A program made the position numbers and the translations under genes. Under the pieces are notes generated by a model. That model ran no database searches. It was given only the letters and a program-made list of their open reading frames with translations, and was not told the origin of the DNA. Source: Chara braunii (Eukaryota; Plantae; Charophyceae). From it: a stretch of 64,000 bases of DNA. Location of the stretch: assembly GCA_003427395.1 (NCBI GenBank), contig BFEA01000002.1, positions 9,727,950 through 9,791,949 on the forward strand. The letters run 5' to 3'. Numbering within the stretch: the stretch's first letter is position 1; each line of letters starts with the position of its first letter. Positions 12,631 to 25,297 of this stretch are shown in pieces.

Positions 12631-13348
12631 CCTTCTTAACCCGAACAAACGTACGTACCTTGTATACGAATACAATGTATGGGGTAAGCTGTATTCGAAT
12701 ACAAAACGTATGTACGTTATAGAACGAGTTTTAGGGTACGACTTTTCAGAAGCCTGTAGTACCGCCATTGTTTTTTTTTTAATCTCAAATTTGGTTGGGA
12801 ATTTCGCCAGGACCCTCCGGCAAAAGTTTTTTTTTTATTTTTTTTATTTTTTATTTATTCAATCATCGTTCAGGGCCAGGTCCTCTATCCCTTGGGTGGT
12901 AAGAGGCCCAGAGGATAGAAGCCGACAAGGTTCCGATGGCTCCTTTCTATTGGTGGGGAGCTGCACCTGCTGGAAACCGGGTCCAGTGTCCCTTCCAATG
13001 GATAAATCATCAGGTAAATTCTCAAAGTTCAGAAACTCTCTGCGCTAACAGCACACAATGGGACCTCCTCACCCTAAGGCGTCTGAAACGAGTTAGCATC
13101 TAGTCCCACTACCCACTGTACCCAGACTTGTAACAACCAATTCTGAGGATCAAAAGTTTCTACAATTAGCTCAACAACTGAAGAGCAGCCCCTAGATAAT
13201 TAACGACATAACTTGAGCAACCCGATCCTTTTGGCAACTGCCTTTGATTCCATCAATAACATTTCCTGGAGCTCTGTGACTCCTCAGCCAAGGTTCAATG
13301 ATCTCTCTGTTCAATGACTCAATGATGACTCAATGATGATTCAATGAC

Positions 13349-13417
<69 letters not shown>

Positions 13418-15247
13418 GCACACACTCACAACATTCTCTCGCAGCACCAAGGAACTCTCCAATCCCGTCTCCTCCCCTGCCGATTACGAGCTTTTTCAAC
13501 ATTATCGTCCTCGCCCTCCTGCTCACGGTCGTTCATGTCGTTGGAATCTTTGAAATCCATTCTCCTGTCTTTGCTTCTCTTCTTATCCCAGTAGACTGTA
13601 CCGCCAAGATCCCTTTCTTCATCCCCGGTCTTCTGATTCCAACAATTCATATCACCATTGTCCTCCTCCTCCTCCTCCTCCTCCTCCTCCTCATCATCAT
13701 CATCATCATCATCATCACTGTTCTGAGATGATTCCAATGATTCATTATCCCCATCCTTATGACCATCCCCGGTCTTCTGATTCCAAAGAGTCATATCACT
13801 ATTATCGTCAGCATCATCATTCTCACCATCACTGATTTGAGGCAGGTCATCCTGATGGCACAGGCCTATCACACAGGCCCATCTTAATTCACCTCCACAG
13901 TTCAGGCATGACACATTGAACTCCATAGGAGGCCCGCTCTAGCAGAGTTTTTCGAAGTATCTTTAATCTGCTAGCGCTCCTGCCTCACTTCTCTTCCCAG
14001 TCGTAGGATGATAACCCCTCTGCTCTCTATCGCCGGGAGATCTTGAAACTTGGAAAACCGGAGACAAACCAGCAATCAGAGACAAACCGGCAATCGACAA
14101 ATCGACCTTGTGCTTCGTAGCTCAGTTTTCGACGGCGCCTTTTATTTCGAACCCCGAGTCGAATCTGCGATCTGCTTCGTGGAGTTGAGATCCGAAAAAT
14201 AGCTCGTTCGTAGTCCCGATACCAGCCAGAGGAGCTGTCCGTCGTCACCTAGCCCGAAAGGTAGGCCTCGGAGCGTTGAAATCTCCCGTTCATGAAAGGA
14301 TGGAACTTCAAGCTATCGGGAGGACAGATTCTGCTCAACTCTTCCACAAGATTCACGTCCGATCTTCGCTTCGAAGTGGCTGCTGAGCTCCCTGGAGCTG
14401 TCCTTCTTCGAAGACGCCTGTTTCCAAAACGACCTCTTCCGACTTCCCAAACGGGAAAGTTCCGACATTGTAGCGTACCTCACGGAAGGGTTTTTTCCAT
14501 AGGAAGTGCGCCATTACTCGGCGACCTCGGTTCAGCTGATTCATATGTATCCAATCTTTAATTTCGACAAAAAACATGCCACTTCCCCTAATACTCCACC
14601 TCACCTACCCTCTTCCAGGGACAAGTTCATGCTGCAAGTGCTCGAGTTCACTTCTTGAAACCCGACAGCCACACAGCTCGCCTCTCCCGTTCTGAGCGCA
14701 CCGGGCTATGGCGACTAAACTCTGCGCTAAGAATCGGAAACCCTAACGTCCGGGCGTCGCGAGGATTGAGCGCTACGGCGCCGCCACTCGCTGCATCCCT
14801 CACACCTCCAGCTTCCCCAGTCTCTCCGGCAAAAGTTGTTTGCATTGCAATGTTGTACAACATACTTTTTTTTCGGATTTTTTAGTGAAGTTTTTTTTTT
14901 AATCGAAATTCTGAAAAAATCAGTATAAAATATTTTCATCCTCGTTTTTATTTTTTTCTCGAATTTTCTCCTGAATTTCGATAAGACCCTCAGGCAAACG
15001 TTGTTTGTATTGCATTGTTGTGTAATATTTTATGTTTTTCGGATTTTTTTGATTATTTTTGAAAAATCAAAGTTTCAAGAATTCGAATACAAATTATACA
15101 ACATATGTACGTTGTATTCGAATACAATGTACGTACGTTATATTCGAACGAATGCTCTATTCGGAGAAAAACAAGCGATTTCTGAAAACCCGATTTCCAG
15201 AGGTAATTCGAATAGAACGTACGCACGTTTTTTTTGGGTTAAGAGGG
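12631..15247. mobile_element. 2.6-kb non-autonomous TIR element with TA target duplication (Tc1/mariner/Stowaway-like)
   Basis: TA|CCTTCTTAACCCGAACAAACGT ... ACGTTTTTTTTGGGTTAAGAGGG|TA, with subterminal GTATTCGAATACAA motifs at both ends. No transposase. Confidence 0.75.
13350..13412. repeat. (CT)n(CA)n microsatellite; others at 13660-13716, 30484-30540, 60566-60630, 61839-61862 and 63944-64000
   Basis: Seen directly. Confidence 0.95.
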
Positions 15248-15591
15248 TAGGTGGTGCTTGACCCAGCAAATGGGAAGGCTCCAATTGCTTCACAGGAGTG
15301 GCATGTGCTGGAAATTGGGCCCAGCGTCCCATAATATATTCGTACATTGGTGTCACGTCGCATAACAACTCGTGTTAGAAAGACCAACTGCAGGGTTCAT
15401 TGCTCTCGAAAATCAGGGGATTGACTGCCAGTGCCTAATGAGGAAAACAGGAAAACCTAGCTCTTCAGTCCTTTGTGGGGTTGCCAGATAGGAAAGAAGT
15501 CCAAAAAACTGAATTCCTTCTTTTTTTTTTTTTTTTTTGCCTGAACAACCGGAGCTGATGCTAGGGGTGATGATAGGACCAGGCACCACTA

Positions 15592-15760
15592 CCTTCTTCC
15601 CCCGAACATAACGCATATGCGTTGTAAATGAATACAACGCATATGCGTTCTATTCGAGTAGCCCAAAATTTTGAATACAACGCATATGCGTTCTATTTGA
15701 TTTTTTTTCAAATTTAAAACTTGAATACAACACATATGCGTTATGTTCGGGGGAAGAAGG
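15592..15760. mobile_element. 169-bp MITE with TA TSD, related to 12631-15247
   Basis: About 29-bp perfect TIR CCTTCTTCCCCCGAACATAACGCATATG flanked by TA on both sides. Confidence 0.88.
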
Positions 15761-16269
15761 TAGCACTCCCCGGGAGGCTCATCTGCTGGTGGGGAGCACC
15801 ACCTGCTGGAAAGCGGGTCCAGCGTTCCTAAACATTGTAGTTGTTTGTTTGAACAGACCTGTGACTGTAATGACATCAAGCTGCAGGGCCCACCTATAAA
15901 GAAGGAAATTTGACAGATAGACCTACACAGCAGCCAAAGTTGATTGCCTACATGATAGCATAAGGTAACTAATAGTGTACACAAGTCCCATGCCAGCTAC
16001 TAAGAGAACTGGAAACAGATTGAAATTAGTGTTCTTTGATTCATCCCATTCACCCAGCATGCGACCGCTTCTTTTCTCAGTCTTGGAACCCGGTGCTATC
16101 ACCTATGATTGACCCCCAGTTCATGTAGGCAAGCAAACCTTCCGTTCCCCCACCCCCACCCTTTGAAATCTGGTACTATGGCATGTGTTTTCTGCTGGCC
16201 GTGTGTAGTTGTGTTTTGTCTTTATCCATTCTTGGTCTGCACTGAGGCATTGTGTATGGTCGCATTCAC

Positions 16270-17175
16270 ACTCCTGGCTGTTTAGTAAGGCTTTAGACAA
16301 GAATTCCTTACGCCCCCTGCAACGTCAGATAGCCACCTTTTTGTGGCGGGGCAACCACGAGAAACTAAATGTGGTCAATCGAGTAGCATGACAATTTATA
16401 ATCCAACCCAGAGGAAAAGGTGGCCTCGGTATCATTGACCCCTCAACGCAGACCAAAGCGTTGGTGATACAATGGATCAAACGCATGCTATTCAACCCCG
16501 AACCCCCCTGGAGAGGTTTAGCCCTAAAACAAATAGCCTGATTAGCACCCCAAACACCAGAAGGGAGTGACCCGCTGATGTGGTTGGAGAACAGGGGATG
16601 GCCCATCCCAAGAACAAGACCGATACAATGGGACCCCAGCCTCGACACCCCAGACAAGCAGCAAAGGCTGACCTACGAAAGGATCCTCTCTGGCCCTCCC
16701 TCCTCAGAACATGGAGAAGCCTCCCCCTGCCGGTCAAAACCCCGCTAGACAGATGGGAAGAGGTAGCACGACAATCTCTTTTTGGCAACAGATGGGTGGT
16801 GGACTCAAAGGGCCGAACTCTCCATTGCATGGACCCCCCTTGGCAGAGTTGGATCAAACGGGGGATAACAAGGGTAATGGACATATGGGACACAGAGAAG
16901 AAAGACTGGATAGGTCCGGACCAGCTACAGGAGAAACTGAGGTACTGGCCCGTGGAAGACGTGGTGGCAGAATGAGCGCCAGTGGTAGTGGAAACCGCTC
17001 TCGATCGTCCATTGCCCAGTACCGGGTCACCCACTGCTGCCCCTCCTCAGCCCTGCACAACAGCCCCCTCCACGACTCGGCACAGATGTGCAACACTCTA
17101 TTCTGTCTCCTCCAATGTCTCCAGTAGGGGCCACCTCTTCACAATCTCCCCCGCCCCCTCCTATGCCGTCAGGCC
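16270..17175 (+). pseudogene. LINE ORF2 fragment downstream of the RT domain
   Basis: FLWRGNHE...RVA*..IQPRGKGGLGIIDP and WEEVARQSLFGNRWV, homologous to the LINEs at 42 kb and 55 kb. Confidence 0.85.
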
Positions 17176-18292
17176 NNNNNNNNNNNNNNNNNNNNNNNNN
17201 NNNNNNNNNNNNNNNNNNNNNNNNNNNNNNNNNNNNNNNNNNNNNNNNNNNNNNNNNNNNNNNNNNNNNNNNNNNNNNNNNNNNNNNNNNNTTTATTGAA
17301 TCATCTTTGCTCCCTCCAGATTAACTTCTTCATGTACAAAAACACACCTCTTCCCCCACCCACACCCCACGCACTTCCACCAGACACCTCTCCACCTCCC
17401 ATCTACCAATCATGCACACCCCCTCCATCACCCCTACACCTCCCCCCTTGCTCCTCTGCTCCTCTCTCCGTCTGGAATAGCAAACCAAAAGTCCTGGCCA
17501 GGCAGATTGCTGACGCAAGCCGGAGAGCAATAGGAACTTCTGAACGACAACAACTTTTGTGGACGTACCGGGATTCAAAACTGTTTCAGTGACAAAGGCA
17601 CTCAGGACCCGAAAAGAAGGGAGGGAGGCCCAATTCAAGAGAGACCGAAGAGGCAACAACACTCAAACAAAGTCAGGGCAGGAACCTATGGAATCCTGTA
17701 CACAGCAAGATAGAGTGAGCTACAAGCATCTCACAAGATCACCATGTTAAAGGCTCAACGACACGATCGAAGCGCACAATACACAGTAGGCTTCAAGACA
17801 GGATAGAATGGCTCAATGTACAGTTAAACTGCAGCCTTATACGCCCAGCTGGGAAGGCGAGAACACAGCAAAATCTGGGACTATAGATTAAACAGCAGAA
17901 AGTCAACTCACAGGGTCTGCCACTCGCTCTGCACAACGACTGCTGGGAACAGCCCTCGCTTAGCTCAGCGGGTGCCACAATGCTATGAGCTAACTGGAAA
18001 CAGAGAGCAGAAGGCCTAGGGGTTTGGGGAGGGTTTATAACAGTGACCGATGCGGGGGCTAAGGAGCAGAAGGTCTAAGGGTCTAGGGTGGGTGCGAGGG
18101 GACAGACATTAATTGAGGGGCATGCCAGTTTATGAATGTTGTTAGGCTCGATGTAGGCTGTCAGGTAGACAAACAGCTCAGGCTATTGCGTAATGCTGTC
18201 TGCCGAATCTTGTTCTCGCAGATTAGCCCGTTGGCTGACCAACATCACATCTGCATATCTGATTATAGTTGGATCAAACAATCTAAATGTTC

Positions 18293-18428
18293 AGGGACGC
18301 TGGACCCGCTTTCTAGCAGGTGCTGCTCCCCACCAATAGACTGAGCCTCCCCGGAAGTGCTAGGGGTGACTGCTTTTACCAGCACCCCTAGCATTCACCC
18401 GGGTTGTTTGTGAAAAAAAAAAAAAAAA
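18293..18428 (+). repeat. Reference copy of the LINE 3' structured module with poly(A)
   Basis: AGGGACGCTGGACCCGCTTTCTAGCAGGTGCTGCTCCCCACCAATAGA...GTGCTAGGGGTG..CACCCCTAGCAT..poly(A). About 16 or more copies in the window. Confidence 0.9.
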
Positions 18429-18479
18429 CCTGAGGTACTGTCACCACCCACATGAAGCTTTGGAGGCGATAGTGAAAAA

Positions 18480-18980
18480 GATCCCCCTAGCTTGGTGAAA
18501 AATCCTTCACAAAGGTCCCACCCTGCAAGATTCGGATTGGGTGGCATTTAGGGAGCGGCAAGGAGAAGTGGGCAGTGTAGTCTGCTGCATACCCAAAGGA
18601 ACAGTGGTAGTGAGTCTCTTCCAAGTAGGAAGGGACAACATAATCCAAAGGAGCACCCTGGAAGAAACGATAATATGCCAAAAAAAGGAATTATTCAGAA
18701 TTAGAGTGCTCAGTGAAAAAGGGCAATGGATAACCTACCATCCCTGTACTCTGGTCCATCACCTAACCCTAGACCCATTGGAATGGACTTGGACGATCCA
18801 AATGGGGACGGCAGGAGATGCAGTCTAACAGTCAAGTCAACTTACAAGCTGCTAAGACCAACAACAAACCTTCGAGACCAGGTAGAGGAGTGTTGAAGGA
18901 ATCACCTGAATGTCAGTAAAGAGGACCTAAGACGAATAAGGTGGTTTAGGATGGTAAAAGCAAAACCGTCCAAAATCGTT
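18480..18980 (+). pseudogene. LINE ORF2 fragment continuing the 16.3-kb copy
   Basis: LTLDPLEWTW...YKLLRP...KAKPSKIV, aligning with 54003-54665. Confidence 0.8.
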
Positions 18981-20072
18981 TAACGAATCGGGGGGGGCTG
19001 CCTAGACAACCTATGGGTCCAGGGATAGTCTAGGCGGCGAGAACAGGTCATCTATGGTTGACGTTGGTTAGGACAACATTGTCTCTAAGATGTAATGTCC
19101 TAGTACAGGGAGGGCTAGGAGTTGTTCTTGGATTAGGAGGCCTGAATTGCTGATATAGCATACTATTCTATAATTTTTACACACTAATCAACATCATCAT
19201 CATCATCAAAAAGATGAAAAAAAAAAAAAAAAGATTGAACACCGCTGTCGGGGTAAAAACCTTGACGAGGGTATTTGCCTGGGTTTTTCAATGTCGGACG
19301 TTGTCCGACCTTTTTCGTTGAATTGAAGGGCTTGATGAGACTAATGTTTGCCAAAATGTTTATTCAGACCTGACCTATGACTAAGGAACTAAGAGTTTTC
19401 AGACTTCACGCGTCCGGGGGTAACGGATGTGAACGACAATGCTACGCTTTTGACGAAGACGCAGGAACGTGCGGACATGGGAATGTTAAAATTAAACCTA
19501 TTCTATGTAAAATAATGTCGCGCGGCTGATTCAGGGCCTAAATGGGCTAAAAAGAGGGTTGCGTCGGGTATGGGGGCGCGACACAAGAAGAATAAAAAGT
19601 TGTTTTTCTTAAGGCCGCGGGGTTTGACTTCGAGCCTGGGGGCCGATAGGTCCTACTGAGGCCTACCCGGTTTGATGATCAGTCAAGCCGCGGACACACG
19701 GCTAACCGGTATGGGTAGGCCACGGGCAGGTAGGCCGGTAGGCCACAGGCGGGGTAAGCCGGTAGGCCACAGGTAGGAAGGGCCTGTTAGACCACAAGTG
19801 GGACAGGCTTGCTAGGCCACAGGCTGCAGGCTGAGGAAATACCTAGGCGAGCTCTTCATATTGAAGAGCCGCTCCTATTCAATGTGGAATAGAAGCTAGC
19901 CCAGTAGGTTAATGCAACAAACTTTCACCTGGCAGACACCAGGATCGAATCCGACGAAACTGAACCACTAGCCTGACTCCTTTTGGAGCTGGCCTCTTTT
20001 TTTTATAAGGCATCTAAGCGCGGCCGATCTCGGTCGTTCGATCATGAAGATCTCGCGGCTCAGATCAGTCGC

Positions 20073-20121
20073 GAGAAGTTAGTATGGCCCTGCTCAAAAG
20101 TGACACGCATAAATCGAAAAG
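20073..20121 (+). pseudogene. U6: U6 snRNA-derived fragment (central/3' part) followed by an A-rich tract
   Basis: GAGAAGTTAGTATGGCCCTGCTCAAAAGTGACACGCATAAATCGAAA versus plant U6 GAGAAGATTAGCATGGCCCCTGCGCAAGGATGACACGCATAAATCGAGA. Confidence 0.88.
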
Positions 20122-20255
20122 AAAAAATAAAAATAAAAATAAAAATAAAGAAATAAAGAAAACCCAAAAACAGCGCCACTTGGCACCAGAAGATGTGCCT
20201 GAGGGCACATAGCAGTAACCGTTGGCATAAGCCAACGGTTTTTAATATTACCGTG

Positions 20256-20299
<44 letters not shown>

Positions 20300-22654
20300 N
20301 NNNNNNNNNNNNNNNNNNNNNNNNNNNNNNNNNNNNNNNNNNNNNNNNNNNNNNNNNNNNNNNNNNNNNNNNNNNNNNNNNNNNNNNNNNNNNNNNNNNN
20401 NNNNNNNNNNNNNNNNNNNNNNNNNNNNNNNNNNNNNNNNNNNNNNNNNNNNNNNNNNNNNNNNNNNNNNNNNNNNNNNNNNNNNNNNNNNNNNNNNNNN
20501 NNNNNNNNNNNNNNNNNNNNNNNNNNNNNNNNNNNNNNNNNNNNNNNNNNNNNNNNNNNNNNNNNNNNNNNNNNNNNNNNNNNNNNNNNNNNNNNNNNNN
20601 NNNNNNNNNNNNNNNNNNNNNNNNNNNNNNNNNNNNNNNNNNNNNNNNNNNNNNNNNNNNNNNNNNNNNNNNNNNNNNNNNNNNNNNNNNNNNNNNNNNN
20701 NNNNNNNNNNNNNNNNNNNNNNNNNNNNNNNNNNNNNNNNNNNNNNNNNNNNNNNNNNNNNNNNNNNNNNNNNNNNNNNNNNNNNNNNNNNNNNNNNNNN
20801 NNNNNNNNNNNNNNNNNNNNNNNNNNNNNNNNNNNNNNNNNNNNNNNNNNNNNNNNNNNNNNNNNNNNNNNNNNAAAAAAAAAAAAAAAAAAAGAGAGAG
20901 AGGGAGGGAGGAAAAGACTACCTACCTACCTACCTACCTACCTAAGGTTGGCTCCTCGACGAGGAAGTCAACCACAGGATGAGCAAAATCGAATGAATCT
21001 ACCCCAGAACTCAGGGGTATACAGAGAAGCAACAAGGTAAGTTTTTTTTCTGTCGTTTTAAGTTTTTTTTGTTTTCTCCCCTTCCCCGTTCGTGAGTTGT
21101 GGTAGCTAGACCAAACAAGGAAAACGAGGGGGGCTGAAACGAATAAAAAAAACAAAAACTGTAAAACAAAAACGAGGCAACTGCCTCGTGAAACAAAAAA
21201 GAACAGTCTTTCAGACTGTGTGGGAGCACAAATGCTCCCACTTTGTTTTAGGTAGAACAACTGTGGCCGTGAGATCTCAGATCTCACGGCCCACAGCGTG
21301 CACATGTGGGAAAGGGCTGAAGGGATTGAAGATGGGGAGATAGAGAGAAACGGGGTGGTTGGGAGGAGGAGGACCTACTCCTCCCAACCCGACAACTGTC
21401 CTCCCCATTTTCAGGGGAGGGCAGCAGAGGGTAGGAGTAGGCTGTTGGCAGAAAACTGCATGCTCCTGGCTCAAATCACGGCGAGGAGCACTGCAATTGA
21501 AGGGGTTGTTTTTTTTTTTCCTTTATTTCTTTTTTTTTCTTTTCTTTTCTTTGTTTTTTCGTGAGGACACTTGTCCTCACGTGGTGTCACCTCTGGTACA
21601 AGCTGCTTGAGGTAACTGTCAGGCTCCCGTTTTTGCAGGGACCCTGAAAATTGAAAGGCCACTAAGGAAAAGGCTAGTTACAACCTTTTCCCCGATGTAT
21701 TTGCCTTGGGAAAAGGGTCAAGATACATCAAACTGTAAGGGGTTGTATCTTTCCAACCCCTTATCAGAAAAATAAAAGAAAAATAGATTTGGAAATGACA
21801 GGAGCTCAGCTAGCTGGGAAAAATAAAAGGAAAAATAAAATGGGGCAGTTAAAGAAACTGCCCCACACTAAGGTTGTGCCTGTGGTGCGGCCACAGTCAA
21901 CCCTGGATCTTGGCAGATCAAGGGCTCACAGTGAGCCCGCGATTTTGCCTGGGGGCAGGAGTGACGTCCAGCCCTCTTCAGCCACTATATAACAGGCAGC
22001 TGTCTCGCAGCGGCCACACAATGCACTGGTGATGCCAATGTGTGACGAGCACACTAGAGTGTTGCTGGCTGCTGAAGCTGCTGCCTGAGGCAACGTGAGG
22101 AGAGGCTGGAGGTCTGCAGAGGAGCGCAAGGAGGAGATCTGGGCAGCCATAGCCAAGGCAGGGAGCACTCTGCTCCCCTCCCTTCTGGCTGGTGCTGGTC
22201 CCACGGGACATACCCAGTGACGTTGCGGGACTACGGCAGTGCGGCACAGTGAAATTTGGGCCCGGGGCCCAAATTTTACTAAATTTGGCCTACCACTGTG
22301 TATCACACCGAACATGTTTGGCGCTTTTCTGAACGTCCGAACATGTTCGGGTGTTCGGCCGAACGCCACCCGAACGTGTTCGGTCGAACATATTCAAAAA
22401 CAAAAACAAAAAAACAAATTATTTTTTAGTTTTTGATTTTTAACTCGTGTTTGGTTACGAATTTGACCAAACCTCCAAGGCAAAAGTTGTTTGTATTATT
22501 ATTTTACATAACATATTTTGTTTTCAGATGTTTTGGAGAAACTTTTTTTTTTTTTTTTTTTTTATGTTCGTGTTCGGCGAGTTTCGGCGCTCGTTCGGGT
22601 TCGGTCACCGAACTCGAACACGATGCTACACAGGCCTGCCATTTTCTCACTGTG

Positions 22655-23110
22655 GTGAAGTGCTGCCAATTTTTTACAGCAGCGACACTAAGATTTACGG
22701 CGGTGGTACGGAAGTGCTGCCGAAATTCTGCGACAGAGGCGAGTTTTTTTTTGCGGTGGTACGGAAGTGCTGCCGAAATTTTGCGGCGGCGGTGAGTTTT
22801 TTTTTTAGCGGTGGTAAGGAAGTGCTGCCAAAATTTTACGGCGGCGGCACGGGTTTTTACAGCGGTGGTACGGAAGCGCTGCCGGATTTTTGCAGCGGCC
22901 ACTCCGGTTTTTTCGGCGGTAGTGCAGAAGCGCTGCCGGATTTTTGCGGCGGCGACTCCGTTTTTTTCGGCGGTGGTGCGGAAGCGCTGCCGAATTTTTT
23001 AGGCGGCAACTCCGGTTTTTTCAGCGGTAGTGCGGAAGCGCTGCCGAATTTTTGTGGCGGCGACTCCGGTTTTTACGGCGGTAGTGCAGAGACGCTACCG
23101 GATTATTGCA
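22655..23110 (+). repeat. About 60-bp tandem repeat, about 8 units, containing GAAG(T/C)GCTGCCG(A/G)A(A/T)TT
   Basis: Periodic GGCGGTGGTACGGAAGCGCTGCCGGATTTTTGCGGCGGCGACTCCGGTTTTTT units. Confidence 0.9.
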
Positions 23111-24209
23111 AGGTGATCAGTGCTGAAAGGGTACCCTGACAAGCGGTCGTCAAAGGAAGTGGTGTCGATCACTTTGGTAACGACTGGGTGCGACAACCTT
23201 CTCGTCAGGAGAGCGTACTTCTATACGGTTTTCTTGATTATACCGTTCAACTTCATTCAAGGTCAGTTAACCTGATTCAGTTCCCTTCACACCTGTGTGA
23301 ACCCACACTTGCTTGGCCTTAGCTCTCTGAACGTTCATTGGAAAGGAAAAGGAAATGTGTGTTTGCAGGTATGATGAGGAGTCTGACGTTGCAAATAAAT
23401 GTATGGTGGTCTATGTGTGATCTGACTTTGATTGCAGGTACGGCATGTGAGCTGAGATGGATGAGGAATGATGATGGAAAATATGGTTGTTTTCTCATCT
23501 TTGTACTTGTGGGAATGTGTAAGCTTGAAAGAAAAGAAGACGACAAGAATGAAGCGAGCATAAAGATGAGGAAACGCAATTGAACTTAGACCTGATCCCC
23601 AAGGTCACCCATTTCTTTTTCGAATGAACCTTTCTATCTGTGTCCGTCCGTCTGAACGACTCTTTTCTTACAATTTTCTTTCCTTCGTCTAAGTTGTTCC
23701 TAACGTCCGGCGGCAAGAGTTTTTTTGCCCGTCGTGTAGATGTTTTTCCTTTTCTTAGGAGACATCTGGGGAGGGGGTTCGTTGCCTTAGGGGCCGGCCC
23801 CTGTTATCGACTCGGAGTGGACCGCTTTGCGGGGGGGTACCATGTTGTTGCGGTGGAGCCAGCCCGACTTCAGAGTTCCGGGGTTCACTCGGACGAGGAC
23901 GAGGGGTATCCCAGACCACCTCCTAGTGGGATGGATAAAAACATCTTCACGAAAGGACTTTAAGTTCTTGATACCTTGCGTAAGGAGAAACTATCATAGC
24001 ACTCCTTTGGTAGCCGTTCTAGTGAGCCACTGACGTATGGGGAACTGGTGCAATAAGCAACCCAGTTCGTGTCCTACTAGCCAAACGGAGTGCATTTAGA
24101 TACTCCTGATGTGGCTGGTCATGCCATAAGAAGCACGAGCCAGAAGGTAGACAAATGTTTAGTATATACTTAGTTTTAACTTGATCACCTTTGTCTTCAC
24201 TTCTTTCAG

Positions 24210-25297
24210 ATGGCAGTGGGAACGACGGTCTGTTACCTTTTCGGTAATCGTGAGGAAGCGGCAGAGCGGGTCAAGTCCAGGAGACTCGACGGAGAAAGAT
24301 TACAGAGGATAGGATGACTCCTCTACAATCCTTATGAATTGTATTCTAAGGAGGACGTCCTGCGGTTCTGGGGAGGCAGTGCTCAGAATCCCCCTAGACG
24401 ACTTATTTTTAGTTCAAGGACCGGGCTGGACATCTTACATTATGAGTTTGTGCTGCCACGACCCGAACGTGATTTCGACAGCATGAATCTGGTCGTAATG
24501 CAGTCGTACGAATTGAACCCTCGAATGGACTAAATTTTCAAGATAAGGTTGACGTTCGTTCGCTCTGTACTCTGGCTGAACGAACGGCAGGGTCCGTTCT
24601 TTGGTATATATCATACAAGACGAGGGCGAACAAACAGGTTCAGTATTATAAGAGTTGAACCTTTCTCTGAGTATGATTGGCAGGATGAAGAGGACGAACT
24701 CGAGGAAGGATTACGTGATTAATGTAAATTTTGTCCTGACACGCAGATGCCTGGAGCACGACGAGACCTGACGACCCCGAGGTACCTGCTGGTTTGCGAC
24801 ACACATGAGGTCGATCTTATCAGAGGAGCGGAGCAACTTTTGCGGGTTGGAGACGGTTCTCCTACTTCATGGATTGGCTTCATCGGGTTATTACGAAACA
24901 GCGAGGGATTTTTTCCCGCTACTCGCGTGGATTTCTGGGCAAATACGGCCCTGACCCAGGACGAGTTGTTCGGATATACCTTGTATTTCCATTGCGCGAG
25001 TAATCTCCAATGTCTCTCTCGAGTCATTGAAAGTATCACGATTATCTCGTCCGACAGACGTTTCGGCGTCATCCGGATCCGGGATACTGAGACCAGACAC
25101 TTATTTGGACTCAGTCGACCTTTACGAGTCATAGTGTGGAGACTAGCCTCACGGATGACCTCCCTATATGGTACTCAGATTTTTAGAGTCATGTGAAGAG
25201 GGCGAGCGACAACTTTGGTACTTAACAACGAGCAGCGTACACGTTTGGATTTGCTGGAGGCACAGGTGCGCGGAGGACGACAGGTTTACCAGGGTTA
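24210..25297 (+). pseudogene. Decayed orphan ORF of about 360 codons, unknown function
   Basis: ATG at 24210 and the ORF pieces 24339-24533 and 24747-25196 share one frame, separated only by single stops. A polypyrimidine-AG precedes the ATG. Confidence 0.55.

Noticed and set aside
18293-18400. HDV-like or hammerhead ribozyme identity for the 3' module
   Set aside because: I could not map the nested double pseudoknot or the CUGAnGA/GAAA core by eye, so it is left as an unclassified structure.
20073-20121. Functional U6 gene, or a U6-complementary PBS
   Set aside because: Partial and mutated, with no 5' stem or U-tail, and no LTR end adjacent to its 3' side.
22447-23139. 230-aa Gly/Phe repeat ORF
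   Set aside because: A by-product of the 60-bp tandem array and runs through MITE-like sequence.
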